DNA of 64,000 nucleotides from Eubacteriales bacterium. Its GTDB lineage: Bacteria > Bacillota > Clostridia > Oscillospirales > CAG-382. Shown piece by piece: positions 8,252 through 16,364 of the stretch; within the stretch, counting starts at the first letter, position 1, and every line of letters starts with the position of its first letter. Position numbers and translations under genes: made by a program. The notes beneath the pieces were generated by a model, which saw nothing but the letters and a program-made list of their open reading frames with translations, was not told where the DNA came from and did not search any database. The stretch lies in the NCBI GenBank assembly GCA_045540015.1, contig JAZQGP010000047.1:16869-80868 (forward strand), given 5' to 3'.

Positions 8252-8737
8252 ATGAAAAACAAACTCAAAACACTTTTAGCACTTTTACTCGTTGCCGTAA
8301 TGGCTCTGTCCTTTGTTGCTTGTGAAAACAGTAATACCACAGATACAACCGACACAGATAATTCTTCAACAAACAACTCTACTACTGACGCTTCATCTAC
8401 AAATAATAATGAAACTGTACAGCTGGATAAGTTTCAACAATTTGAAAATGGTTTAACCGATAAACAAATTGAATTTGAGATTGTTCAAAAAATGAGTTCT
8501 ATGGTTGGAGCAAAAGAGGGATATGGTTACAAATTCAATGATGAAACATCCGTAGAATTATATCTTTTTGATAAAGCTTCAGATGCTTACAAAGAAGCTA
8601 TTAAAAATAACAAAATATATGTAGAGTCTTTCGGTATAGCCATGGATGTTGTTTTTAATGACGATATATGTATTTATTATAATGGTGAAGTTGCAAACAA
8701 GGCGGATATAGAAGCAATTTTTGAAAGTCTTAAATAA
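8252..8737 (+). CDS. hypothetical lipoprotein
   Basis: 161-aa ORF with a signal peptide, lipobox LSFVAC, an S/T/N/D-rich linker and a small globular domain. Strong RBS. Confidence 0.75.
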   Translation: MKNKLKTLLALLLVAVMALSFVACENSNTTDTTDTDNSSTNNSTTDASSTNNNETVQLDKFQQFENGLTDKQIEFEIVQKMSSMVGAKEGYGYKFNDETSVELYLFDKASDAYKEAIKNNKIYVESFGIAMDVVFNDDICIYYNGEVANKADIEAIFESLK

Positions 8738-8744
8738 TACTTGA

Positions 8745-8783
8745 AAAGCGGTTAAGGCGTAAAATCCTCAACCGCTTTTTTGC
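8745..8783 (+). terminator. intrinsic terminator after the lipoprotein gene
   Basis: AAAGCGGTT-16 nt-AACCGCTTT followed by a T-run. Confidence 0.7.
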
Positions 8784-8785
8784 TT

Positions 8786-9109
8786 TCATCGGCTTGTTTC
8801 AACCAGATATTTTACAAGGTCAGGCAAAATGCCCTGCCGTGATACATCACCGATAAATGATACATCGGTTATATTTGGCGGTGTCTTGCCGTTGGTGTAA
8901 AAGTTCAAAACATCAATAATCTTTAAACGCTCTTTTCTTCCGTCATTGTATGTAATATCAGCCCACACATCACGGAAAAGCTCTGTTTTCGATGCGGGGT
9001 TCTGTTTGTTTTGTAGGAAATAGACATTAATGAGAAAGTTTGCGTAAAATTGTAAATTTGAGGAAGCTTTTGGCGAGAACAGATCTGCATATAGGGTAAG
9101 TGAGAATTT
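8786..9109 (-). pseudogene. possible 3' fragment of a decayed gene (no canonical start)
   Basis: Stop-free minus-strand frame of about 107 codons (..YADLFSPKASSNLQFYANFLINVYFLQNKQNPASKTELFRDVWADITYNDGRKERLKIIDVLNFY..). It contains only an internal GTG (8968) as a start candidate and no RBS. Confidence 0.3.
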
Positions 9110-9120
9110 TTAAAAAAGTC

Positions 9121-9162
9121 ATAAAATAACAAAGAGGAAACAAGCAAAAGCCTGTTTCCTCT
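9121..9162 (-). terminator. intrinsic terminator of the 1403-aa gene
   Basis: Minus strand: AGAGGAAACA-10 nt-TGTTTCCTCT followed by TTGTTATTTTAT. Confidence 0.75.
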
Positions 9163-9180
9163 ACTTATTATAGCCTAAGC

Positions 9181-12100
9181 TTACTTGTAAAGCTCATCAA
9201 CAGGGATTCCCACTTCATTATCGTAATCGAGAATTATCTGATAAATCTTTCTCTTTGTTTCTTCATCAAGTCCGCCATGACTGAGAAGTCCCATTGCGGT
9301 ATCATATACATTGCCCGTAACCGATTCGCCGTATACCGTGAACTGCTCACCGTTTACGGTAAGCTTCGTGTAGGTCTTACATACAAGGTTCTTCTTGTAA
9401 TTTGCAACAGTAATGTTTTTAAGAGCGCAGGTAAAGATAACCCCTTCGTCAAACACATCGTAAATGTAGTCTGTTCCGTCTGCCTTATTATAAGCAACAC
9501 CTGTTACATGCTTTGCAAAGTCAAAGGTAAGCTCTGCACCGTTGAGCGCACTTTCAAGTGCGATGATGTAGCCGTATTCGTCAATGACAAACTCTGTTTC
9601 TTCAGACCTTGCCGATGTAAGAACAGAAGCTCTGAAGCGTATACCCATGGGATTCTCTACTCTGACAGATTTCTTGCCGTCTGTTGTCATAAAGGAATCC
9701 ATGTTAAGCTTTGTTGCCGATGCATTGTCTTTTGCTATGTAGAAATACTGTGATTTTACAATTACAGGCGAATCGGCACTCGCCTTTTCTACCACTTCAA
9801 CGAGCTTATTGCCTTCTGAAATGACCTTATAAATCCTGTCATCTTCTGCAATCAATGTCTGAACTCCGTCAATTTCAATGTATCTTACATTGGAAGATGC
9901 AGCCTTCTCACCGAGGTCGATTTCAACATAGGAAGGATTGTCGCTATACGCAAGAACATATGTTGAGAACTTATCTGTTTCAAATGTAAATGTACCCTTT
10001 TCGGCATCAAATGTACCCCCGATAATTGCTGTTTCGAGGTTGCCGCTGCCGTCATCGTGAACACGCACAATTCTGTACTTACGGATTACATTTTCATCAC
10101 TGTTCAGAAGGTCTTCGGGAATTTCGATTGTAATTGTTACCTTATCGTTTGTTTCGGTAATCTTTGTTTCTTTGGTGGAAGTTTCTCCTGCTTCTTCGGT
10201 AGTTACTTCCTTGAAAAGACTAATGTCGAGGTACTTGCCGATTTCAGTATCTCTTTCATCAGCCACCGCTTCTTGAGCCGCCGCTTTTTCCTCTGCCGAA
10301 ACATCGTCTACAGGAACATCTAAAACCTCAAGATATACGTTGACACTTGTCTTACCTTCAGCAACAGATGTCTGTTCTTCTGTAGTAAGAACCGTGTTGA
10401 AGATTTCTACGGGCGATTTAAGCACGAGTGCCGCACCCATATCATTTGTAGCCGAGTCGGTTTTGTCGACAACAACCTCATCGAGAGGCTTGTTTACTGC
10501 AAGTGTTTCGGTTGCATCGCAAGCAGTACAGGTACGTACAAGACCGTCCTCTGTATTCGCCCATCCGCCGTATGTGTGGGATGCTGTTTTTGTTTCTCCG
10601 CACTCACATTCACCGGTGTGTGTTCCGTCACCGTTATCAGTCCAGTCTCCAAAGTCGCAGGTGTGTTCTTCATTATCTCCATCGTCGCCGACACCGCCCT
10701 CAAAAGCGGCCTCGGATGCATAGAGATATGCTGGAAGTGAAGCTGTATATGCAGACATTATGGAACTATATTCCCATTCTGCTTCGGGAAGAGCGACAAT
10801 TGTCATATCCTCTTGCTCGTTTTCATTAACGAATTTCACCAGACGGAGTGCGCCTGTATCGTCATAGTAAGACCAGGTAGCAACTAAAACTGCTGTTCCG
10901 TCTTTGTTAAAAGATACCTTCCAGTTCTTCATATCAACTATGCCGGGATATTCAAAGTCGCCGTAAACCCTGTATGATGTAGTAAAATGTTCCTTCTCGT
11001 ATGCACCCATCCTGCCGCTGTTACCAACCCACATGTTAGGTACCCATGCTGCACGGATGCGGACTGCTTCGGGAGAAAAGCCTGCTTCTTCAAGGTCTAT
11101 TTTGAGATACTCTTCGTTATATGGTGCGCCTCCCCACACTCCTGCCTGCATAAGCTGGAATTCCATTGCACCCTCGTCTGTAATAACGATTGTACCGTCT
11201 TCCTTGGGTGTTACCTCAACGAAGTTGTCTAATTGCATTGCTTCCTCTTCGTATCTCATACGGAAATTGAAGTAGTTTTCTTCATAGAAGAGTACATAGT
11301 CGTCAAAATCCACATATCCGTCTTCATCACGGTCACGAACAAATTCGTTGTAGTCAATTATATCAACTACATCGTAGCCGTTCATATCGCCCATACCCCA
11401 GTTGTCAAACAGCCATTCAATACAGTCTGGAACGGTATTTTCGTTTTCATCGGTTTCAAGATCATCAACAATGCCGTCTCCGTCAGAGTCTGTGTCACAG
11501 GGGAATCCGTCGCTTGCTGGAAGACAAGCAGCGTACGTCTTATCCGCATCCTTGAAAACAATGATATAGGACGCGTTGTCGCTGAGTGCATCAAATTCGG
11601 TAAGTGATGAAATCTGAGAATAAACGTGTCTCTTCATTCCGCAGTTCTTACAGATATCGTCTTCGCCGAAGTCGTGACCTGTTGCATTAAGTGTAAGAGC
11701 CTCGGGACCTTCGTATTCATCGAGAAGAGGAACCTCACCTTCTTCATCTGCAAAATACTTATAGCAAGTTTCGCAGTACCAGTTTTCAACAACGCCCTGT
11801 TCTGTACAGGTAGCATCGACAGCAGGTGTATAAACCTTTTCGTGAGGACATAATTCACGGTAGCGATAGGTGTTGTTAAGCTCTTCGCTCTGTGCCTTGA
11901 ACACAAGGTTTTCTTCATCGAAAACAATATATTCGTTATCGGTGTCAAAGGTTGACCAGGCAAGGAAAGCACCAGCACCTGTATCATAACTGTCCTGCCT
12001 GAAGCTTGCGGGATGGGGAATATAGCCGTTTACACCTACAAGCTCGTGAGCATATGCAATTATCTTGCCGTCGATTGCGGAAAAATAGTTGCCGTCATCC

Positions 12101-13392
12101 TTAAAGCCGTTCTCGTCAAAATCATATACCAAAAATTCAGCCTTATCACTTGTTGCTGTGATAATACCGTATTCGCTTATGGAAACTTCAACGGCGTTTC
12201 TTGTGCCGTTGGAATTTGTCACATTACCCATAGCATAGTACTTACCACCAGACTTACCTACAAGCAAATAGCGCTCGCCCGTCTGGTCACTTTCCATTGA
12301 GCTTTCTTTATAAAGTTCGAACTTTGCCTGTTCTGCGTGTGAGCAGGATTCGTCATGAGGAAGGGGTGCGATGAATGTGTCGGCAACTGAGATCTTTGCT
12401 GAGAAATCAGACTTTGAGAAGTATGTTTCACAGCCTGCACAGTACCAGTATTCGGGGTTACCTGCATAAGTACATGTAGCAGGTGTTGCTTCTTTGTGAG
12501 TTACATTCGATGAATCGTGGTCGCATACTTCACGGTAAAGCCAGATGTTTGTCTGCTTGTCAACTGTGTACTGAACGCGCTCTTCGTCATCAATTTCGCC
12601 CACGTCCTCAGTATATGCAACGGTTGCTCTGAACTGTCCACCGATGTTTGGGTAAGGAGCACCCATTGTCATAACGTCATACTGATATGTAGACGAGCCG
12701 CCGGTTCTGAACTTACAGCGGTTGACTACCTGCCAATGACCTGCATAGTCGCCATCTTCCACAACTCTCAAGTACCACCATGCAGAGCCTGCAGTGTTAT
12801 AGGAGCTCGCATAAATAGGCATTGAGGAATGGTAGTGGTGGCCGTTTGAGCCGTCACTTGTGCTGGATGAATATCCGCAAAGATATCCTCCGCCTTCAAC
12901 GTTATCAGCCATCAGGTAATAAGCGTGGCCAGGGAACTTATATGTGTAAGGACGCAAACGCAGACGAAGTATGGGGTCATGATTTGCTTCGGGATAACTG
13001 TAAACAGTTATTTCTTCCTTATCTGCAGACATATCAAAGTAGTGTGTGCCGTCCTGATCCTGTGCATAGGAATAGCGGAAACCGTTATTTCTGTAGTTCT
13101 GCGTACCCATTGCGTGGTAGGAGGTTTCGCCTGTAGTTTCATTATAGTAAGAACCTACAATGATATAACGCTGATTGGGAACTATTTCAGCAAGGCTGTG
13201 CACCCTGACATATTCGTCCGTAACCGGCGTCGAGGCAAGCTCAGCAATCTCTTTACCTGTCTCAACAGTCACGCTCTCCTCTACCGTTTCAACAACAGTC
13301 ACAGCAGAAGGTGTTGCAAGCACATTTACGGGTAATACCGGTATTACCATAAAAACCGATAATACCAGTGCCATTAATTTTGTCTTTTTCAC
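9181..13392 (-). CDS. giant secreted protein (1403 aa) with three paralogous modules and Cys/His-rich junction motifs; function unknown
   Basis: GTG start 8 nt after AAGGAGG. Signal peptide MKKTKLMALVLSVFMVIPVLPVNVLA. Internal repeats and the CxxxG..WYCxxCxxYF motif occur twice, plus a third Cys cluster. No LPXTG, SLH or other recognisable anchor. Confidence 0.85.
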   Translation of the reverse strand: MKKTKLMALVLSVFMVIPVLPVNVLATPSAVTVVETVEESVTVETGKEIAELASTPVTDEYVRVHSLAEIVPNQRYIIVGSYYNETTGETSYHAMGTQNYRNNGFRYSYAQDQDGTHYFDMSADKEEITVYSYPEANHDPILRLRLRPYTYKFPGHAYYLMADNVEGGGYLCGYSSSTSDGSNGHHYHSSMPIYASSYNTAGSAWWYLRVVEDGDYAGHWQVVNRCKFRTGGSSTYQYDVMTMGAPYPNIGGQFRATVAYTEDVGEIDDEERVQYTVDKQTNIWLYREVCDHDSSNVTHKEATPATCTYAGNPEYWYCAGCETYFSKSDFSAKISVADTFIAPLPHDESCSHAEQAKFELYKESSMESDQTGERYLLVGKSGGKYYAMGNVTNSNGTRNAVEVSISEYGIITATSDKAEFLVYDFDENGFKDDGNYFSAIDGKIIAYAHELVGVNGYIPHPASFRQDSYDTGAGAFLAWSTFDTDNEYIVFDEENLVFKAQSEELNNTYRYRELCPHEKVYTPAVDATCTEQGVVENWYCETCYKYFADEEGEVPLLDEYEGPEALTLNATGHDFGEDDICKNCGMKRHVYSQISSLTEFDALSDNASYIIVFKDADKTYAACLPASDGFPCDTDSDGDGIVDDLETDENENTVPDCIEWLFDNWGMGDMNGYDVVDIIDYNEFVRDRDEDGYVDFDDYVLFYEENYFNFRMRYEEEAMQLDNFVEVTPKEDGTIVITDEGAMEFQLMQAGVWGGAPYNEEYLKIDLEEAGFSPEAVRIRAAWVPNMWVGNSGRMGAYEKEHFTTSYRVYGDFEYPGIVDMKNWKVSFNKDGTAVLVATWSYYDDTGALRLVKFVNENEQEDMTIVALPEAEWEYSSIMSAYTASLPAYLYASEAAFEGGVGDDGDNEEHTCDFGDWTDNGDGTHTGECECGETKTASHTYGGWANTEDGLVRTCTACDATETLAVNKPLDEVVVDKTDSATNDMGAALVLKSPVEIFNTVLTTEEQTSVAEGKTSVNVYLEVLDVPVDDVSAEEKAAAQEAVADERDTEIGKYLDISLFKEVTTEEAGETSTKETKITETNDKVTITIEIPEDLLNSDENVIRKYRIVRVHDDGSGNLETAIIGGTFDAEKGTFTFETDKFSTYVLAYSDNPSYVEIDLGEKAASSNVRYIEIDGVQTLIAEDDRIYKVISEGNKLVEVVEKASADSPVIVKSQYFYIAKDNASATKLNMDSFMTTDGKKSVRVENPMGIRFRASVLTSARSEETEFVIDEYGYIIALESALNGAELTFDFAKHVTGVAYNKADGTDYIYDVFDEGVIFTCALKNITVANYKKNLVCKTYTKLTVNGEQFTVYGESVTGNVYDTAMGLLSHGGLDEETKRKIYQIILDYDNEVGIPVDELYK

Positions 13393-13445
13393 GAGAATTC
13401 CTCCTTAAAAAAATATACAATGTTTCTTATACTCCGAAGCCGCAC

Positions 13446-13474
13446 TTGACTTGTCAGGCAAAATGTGATAAAAT
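13446..13474 (+). promoter_or_regulatory. candidate promoter reading toward the LuxR-type regulator gene
   Basis: TTGACT, 17-nt spacer, TAAAAT, with TGa extended -10. Confidence 0.55.
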
Positions 13475-13747
13475 ATAGGGGATTTTCCGGGGCGTTCTCT
13501 GTGTTCATCGGCGTGTAAACAGAGAGCCTTACAAAAGGTTTTATCCTGATGCAAAAAGGGCGTCCCCCAAAAAAACAGTACAGATGATACCCTCCCTTTT
13601 TTCAACCTTGCAATATAATTATAGTATATATTATCAAAAAAAGCCCCACACCTGCCTCAAAAATCAGTGTGGGTTTGGTGTGGATTTGGTGTAGGAAGCG
13701 TGCTTTTTGTATGATTTATATAAAAAGCAATTTGAAGGAGCAGCTTT

Positions 13748-14818
13748 ATGAAAAAATTATTTGCGGGCATCATATTTATAATACCTTTGACATCCGTGCT
13801 CACGTCTTGTTCGCCAATCGGTGACAAAACAATCAGCATGTCAATTATATACGGTGCGACGGTGGTGCTGTCACTTATCATGCTTTTGGTTTACTGTCTT
13901 ACTATCAAAAAGAAAGACACCTGGTTTTTGCTATTATTCTCCTCGATACTTATTGTAAACATCGGATATCTGTCCTTGGCGGTATCAAAAACTCTTGAAG
14001 AAGCTCTTCTTGCCAACAGAATAGCATACCTCGGCTCTGTCTTTTTGCCGATGTCGATGTTCATGCTGATACTCAACGTAACAAAGCTGAAATACAACAA
14101 ATTTCTGCCCTGTATTCTGTTTGCTGTCAGTGCAGTCGTGTTCCTGATTGCTGCAAGTCCCGGATATCTTGACATATACTACAAATCGGTAGAGTTGGGA
14201 AATGTTAACGGTGTTACGGTGCTCATAAAGGAATACGGTTCATGGCACGGCATATATTTAATATATCTGATAGGATATTTCATAACCATGCTCGCAGCAA
14301 TAACTCACGCCATTGTCATGAAAAGGATTGAAACTGCGACACATTCAGTAATTTTACTGTCAGCAGTAACCGTCAACATTGCCGTATGGCTGCTTGAACA
14401 GCTTGTAAGCATTGAATTTGAGTTCCTTTCTGTTTCCTACATAATAAGTGAAGTATTCCTTATCAGTCTTTATATGATGATTCAGAATCAGGAAAAAATG
14501 CTTTCAGAGCTTCAGACAAAGCTGGATGCGGCAAGCTCGGCTTTTTCATCCGTAAATGCATTGGGAACAAGCAGTGAAACCTCCGAATTTATAGAGGGTT
14601 GCAAGTTTTTGGCAGATCACCTTTCCACGCTCACAATTACCGAAAAATCAATATACGACAAATACCTTGAAGGTAAGGGTACAAAGGATATTATGAAGGA
14701 GCTTGACATTACAGAAAACACCTTGAAGTATCACAACAAGAATCTTTACGGTAAGCTTGGTGTTTCGTCGAGAAAACAGCTTTTGGAATATGCTAAAGCA
14801 CTCGGCGGTGATAATTAG
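13748..14818 (+). CDS. membrane-embedded LuxR-family transcriptional regulator (polytopic N-terminal domain plus C-terminal HTH)
   Basis: 356-aa ORF with lipobox-like LTSC, about 7 hydrophobic helices and a C-terminal LuxR/GerE HTH (TEKSIYDKYLEGKGTKDIMKELDITENTLKYHNKNLYGKLGVSSRKQLLEYA). RBS is GAAGGAG. Confidence 0.85.
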   Translation: MKKLFAGIIFIIPLTSVLTSCSPIGDKTISMSIIYGATVVLSLIMLLVYCLTIKKKDTWFLLLFSSILIVNIGYLSLAVSKTLEEALLANRIAYLGSVFLPMSMFMLILNVTKLKYNKFLPCILFAVSAVVFLIAASPGYLDIYYKSVELGNVNGVTVLIKEYGSWHGIYLIYLIGYFITMLAAITHAIVMKRIETATHSVILLSAVTVNIAVWLLEQLVSIEFEFLSVSYIISEVFLISLYMMIQNQEKMLSELQTKLDAASSAFSSVNALGTSSETSEFIEGCKFLADHLSTLTITEKSIYDKYLEGKGTKDIMKELDITENTLKYHNKNLYGKLGVSSRKQLLEYAKALGGDN

Positions 14819-14957
14819 CCATATTTTATAACAAATACACTATAGCGAAAGCCCTCCTCTCCTATCCATTCCCAAACCACCCTATGTCCATCCTCGCCAA
14901 CACATGCACAACACGTCAATCTACACCCATTTGACATGAAAATGAACAGTTACGGAC

Positions 14958-14970
14958 CGCCTCCACCAAA
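14958..14970 (+). repeat. direct repeat copy 2 (putative attR core, displaced ssrA 3' end)
   Basis: CGCCTCCACCAAA is identical to 7806-7818. It is followed by CAAGC-CAGG-GCTTG plus CTTTTT (14974-14995). Confidence 0.55.
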
Positions 14971-15093
14971 AGACAAGCCAGGGCTTGCTTTTTGTACCGT
15001 TAGATAATAAACAAAGGTAAACTTACAAGATGTTTCAACAAGGTCCTTCGGCATATGTAGTCTTAAGTTTTTCATATCACAATACAGCAAAAC

Positions 15094-15128
15094 GGAGCAG
15101 AGATTTCTCTCTGCTCCGCATTTTTATT
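15094..15128. terminator. strong bidirectional hairpin terminator
   Basis: Perfect 10-bp stem GGAGCAGAGA-TTTC-TCTCTGCTCC with T-rich tracts on both strands. Confidence 0.6.
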
Positions 15129-15452
15129 GTTTGGTCCTTTCAAAAAGTCAGCCGATTATTCGTACTTCGTCCAGTCGGTTACGTCGCGAAGTGCTGTCCA
15201 CTTTTCGTAGATGTGATTCTTCATTTCGTAATCGTGGCTGTTTGTCGCTTCCTGTTTTTGAAACTCTTGTATATACAGGCTCGGATGCGGAACCGGTGTT
15301 GATATAATAGTAGCTGTTACCGGAAAAGCCGTATCTTGTCCAAATAATTTTTCCCCGCCGCAGAACCTTTAAGCCTTGGCGGGGATTGTGTTTATTGTTG
15401 GCGGCCAACACCTGTAAGTTTTTTTTGCATTGACTTGACATCAGCATGGATT

Positions 15453-15740
15453 TCACTGCTTCTTATTCGGATTTTCGGGAAACCATCCTTTTCTGACGCG
15501 TTCCCTCTGCTCAAAAAGCTCCTTAACACTCCAGAAGCACGAACAGCCGACAACGCCGAGAACAGAAGAAACAACCGTACTCTCGACAAACAAAGAGAAA
15601 ACGGTAAACAATATGCCAAACACGACAAAAGCAGGCCATGCCTTGCATCCTATGTAATATTCACATTTAATTACAATCGGATGAAACAGACCGATACACA
15701 GAAAAGATACAATCGCTATAATAAATCCTGTTATATTCAT
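15453..15740 (-). CDS. small integral membrane protein (DUF4491-like, tentative)
   Basis: 95-aa ORF with three hydrophobic helices and a basic C-terminus. Family name is from memory only. Confidence 0.6.
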   Translation of the reverse strand: MNITGFIIAIVSFLCIGLFHPIVIKCEYYIGCKAWPAFVVFGILFTVFSLFVESTVVSSVLGVVGCSCFWSVKELFEQRERVRKGWFPENPNKKQ

Positions 15741-15743
15741 AAG

Positions 15744-16085
15744 CTACTCCTTGTTTTTTAAAGCAACTGTTTTTACGATAAAAAGAATACTTGCAAGAAA
15801 GCAGATATACAATACGGCAATAACTGCAATCCAAATCGGGCGGCTTTGTAACAAAAAAGCAACTATTCCGAGTTGAACAGAGACAAAAGTTATCAGCATA
15901 ACCTTTTGAAGAACCGTAAGTCCGCCTGCCGAAAGATACCGTGATAAAAACTTTTTGTGCAATTTGCTTGCCATAAATTTCCGATACAGCTTATCGGAGC
16001 TTTTTAAAAAGCAAAACGACGCCAAAGATAAAGCGGAACCGTAGGTAAGACAGGCAAATAGATGCCGAGGGTACCGAAACAACAT
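15744..16085 (-). CDS. small membrane protein, unknown function
   Basis: 113-aa ORF with hydrophobic helices, 3 nt upstream of the next small membrane protein gene (apparent operon). Confidence 0.5.
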   Translation of the reverse strand: MLFRYPRHLFACLTYGSALSLASFCFLKSSDKLYRKFMASKLHKKFLSRYLSAGGLTVLQKVMLITFVSVQLGIVAFLLQSRPIWIAVIAVLYICFLASILFIVKTVALKNKE

Positions 16086-16277
16086 GATATGCTTCCTACT
16101 ATAATATAGAGAAACCTCTTAAAGTTCTTCGACATTTTTCAACCATCCGACATCATAAGTATAGTATACCGTTAATATATTTTTTACTATATTATACACG
16201 CAGGCTAAAATTTGTCAAGTTTTTTGTTATAAGGTCGAAAAAGCGCTGCGATCAAAGCATTTTTTACAAACATCATA

Positions 16278-16306
16278 TTGACAGCAGATGCGAAAAATGG
16301 TAGAAT
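16278..16306 (+). promoter_or_regulatory. candidate promoter of the SLH protein gene
   Basis: TTGACA, 17-nt spacer, TAGAAT, with TGg extended -10. A second TATAAT lies at 16311-16316. Confidence 0.6.
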
Positions 16307-16364
16307 GTGATATAATGTGTTATAATAACATCATTATGAAAACTCAAACAAAGGAGAGAAAAAA

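Larger units (their letters stand above)
7817..14970. mobile_element. putative integrase-less genomic islet inserted in the ssrA 3' end
   Basis: Flanked by the 13-nt direct repeat. The distal copy is followed by a hairpin plus T-run resembling a displaced ssrA terminator. Cargo is accessory surface/regulator genes. No recombinase ORF is present. Confidence 0.4.

Noticed and set aside
7983-8255. 90-aa plus-strand ORF upstream of the lipoprotein gene.
   Set aside because: It starts inside the -10 region of the promoter and has no RBS. It spans all helices of the structured leader and the UUCG terminator. The sequence is an AT-rich I/F/Y/K-biased translation.
11250-11520. Asp-rich loops in the giant protein (DTDSDGDGIVDD, DRDEDGYVDFDDYVLF) as a dockerin domain, implying a cellulosome component.
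   Set aside because: Only one segment resembles a dockerin F-hand repeat. The canonical duplicated 22-residue pair with its helices is not present. I therefore mention only generic Ca-binding-like loops.
13405-13605. 66-aa minus-strand ORF in the giant-gene/LuxR intergenic region.
   Set aside because: It has no RBS and overlaps the promoter and the GC-rich structured segment. It ends within the 5' UTR of the giant gene, whose own start has a perfect AAGGAGG.
7817-14957. Whether the ssrA-adjacent insert is a prophage or an ICE.
   Set aside because: It has no integrase, excisionase, capsid, terminase, replication or conjugation genes. Only surface and regulatory cargo is present, so it is reported as an integrase-less islet instead.
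15148-15456. 102-aa minus-strand ORF next to the DUF4491-like gene.
   Set aside because: It is very basic and has no RBS. It overlaps the stop of the upstream gene and spans a stable GC hairpin. It is treated as non-coding or a remnant (see the finding on 15129-15452).
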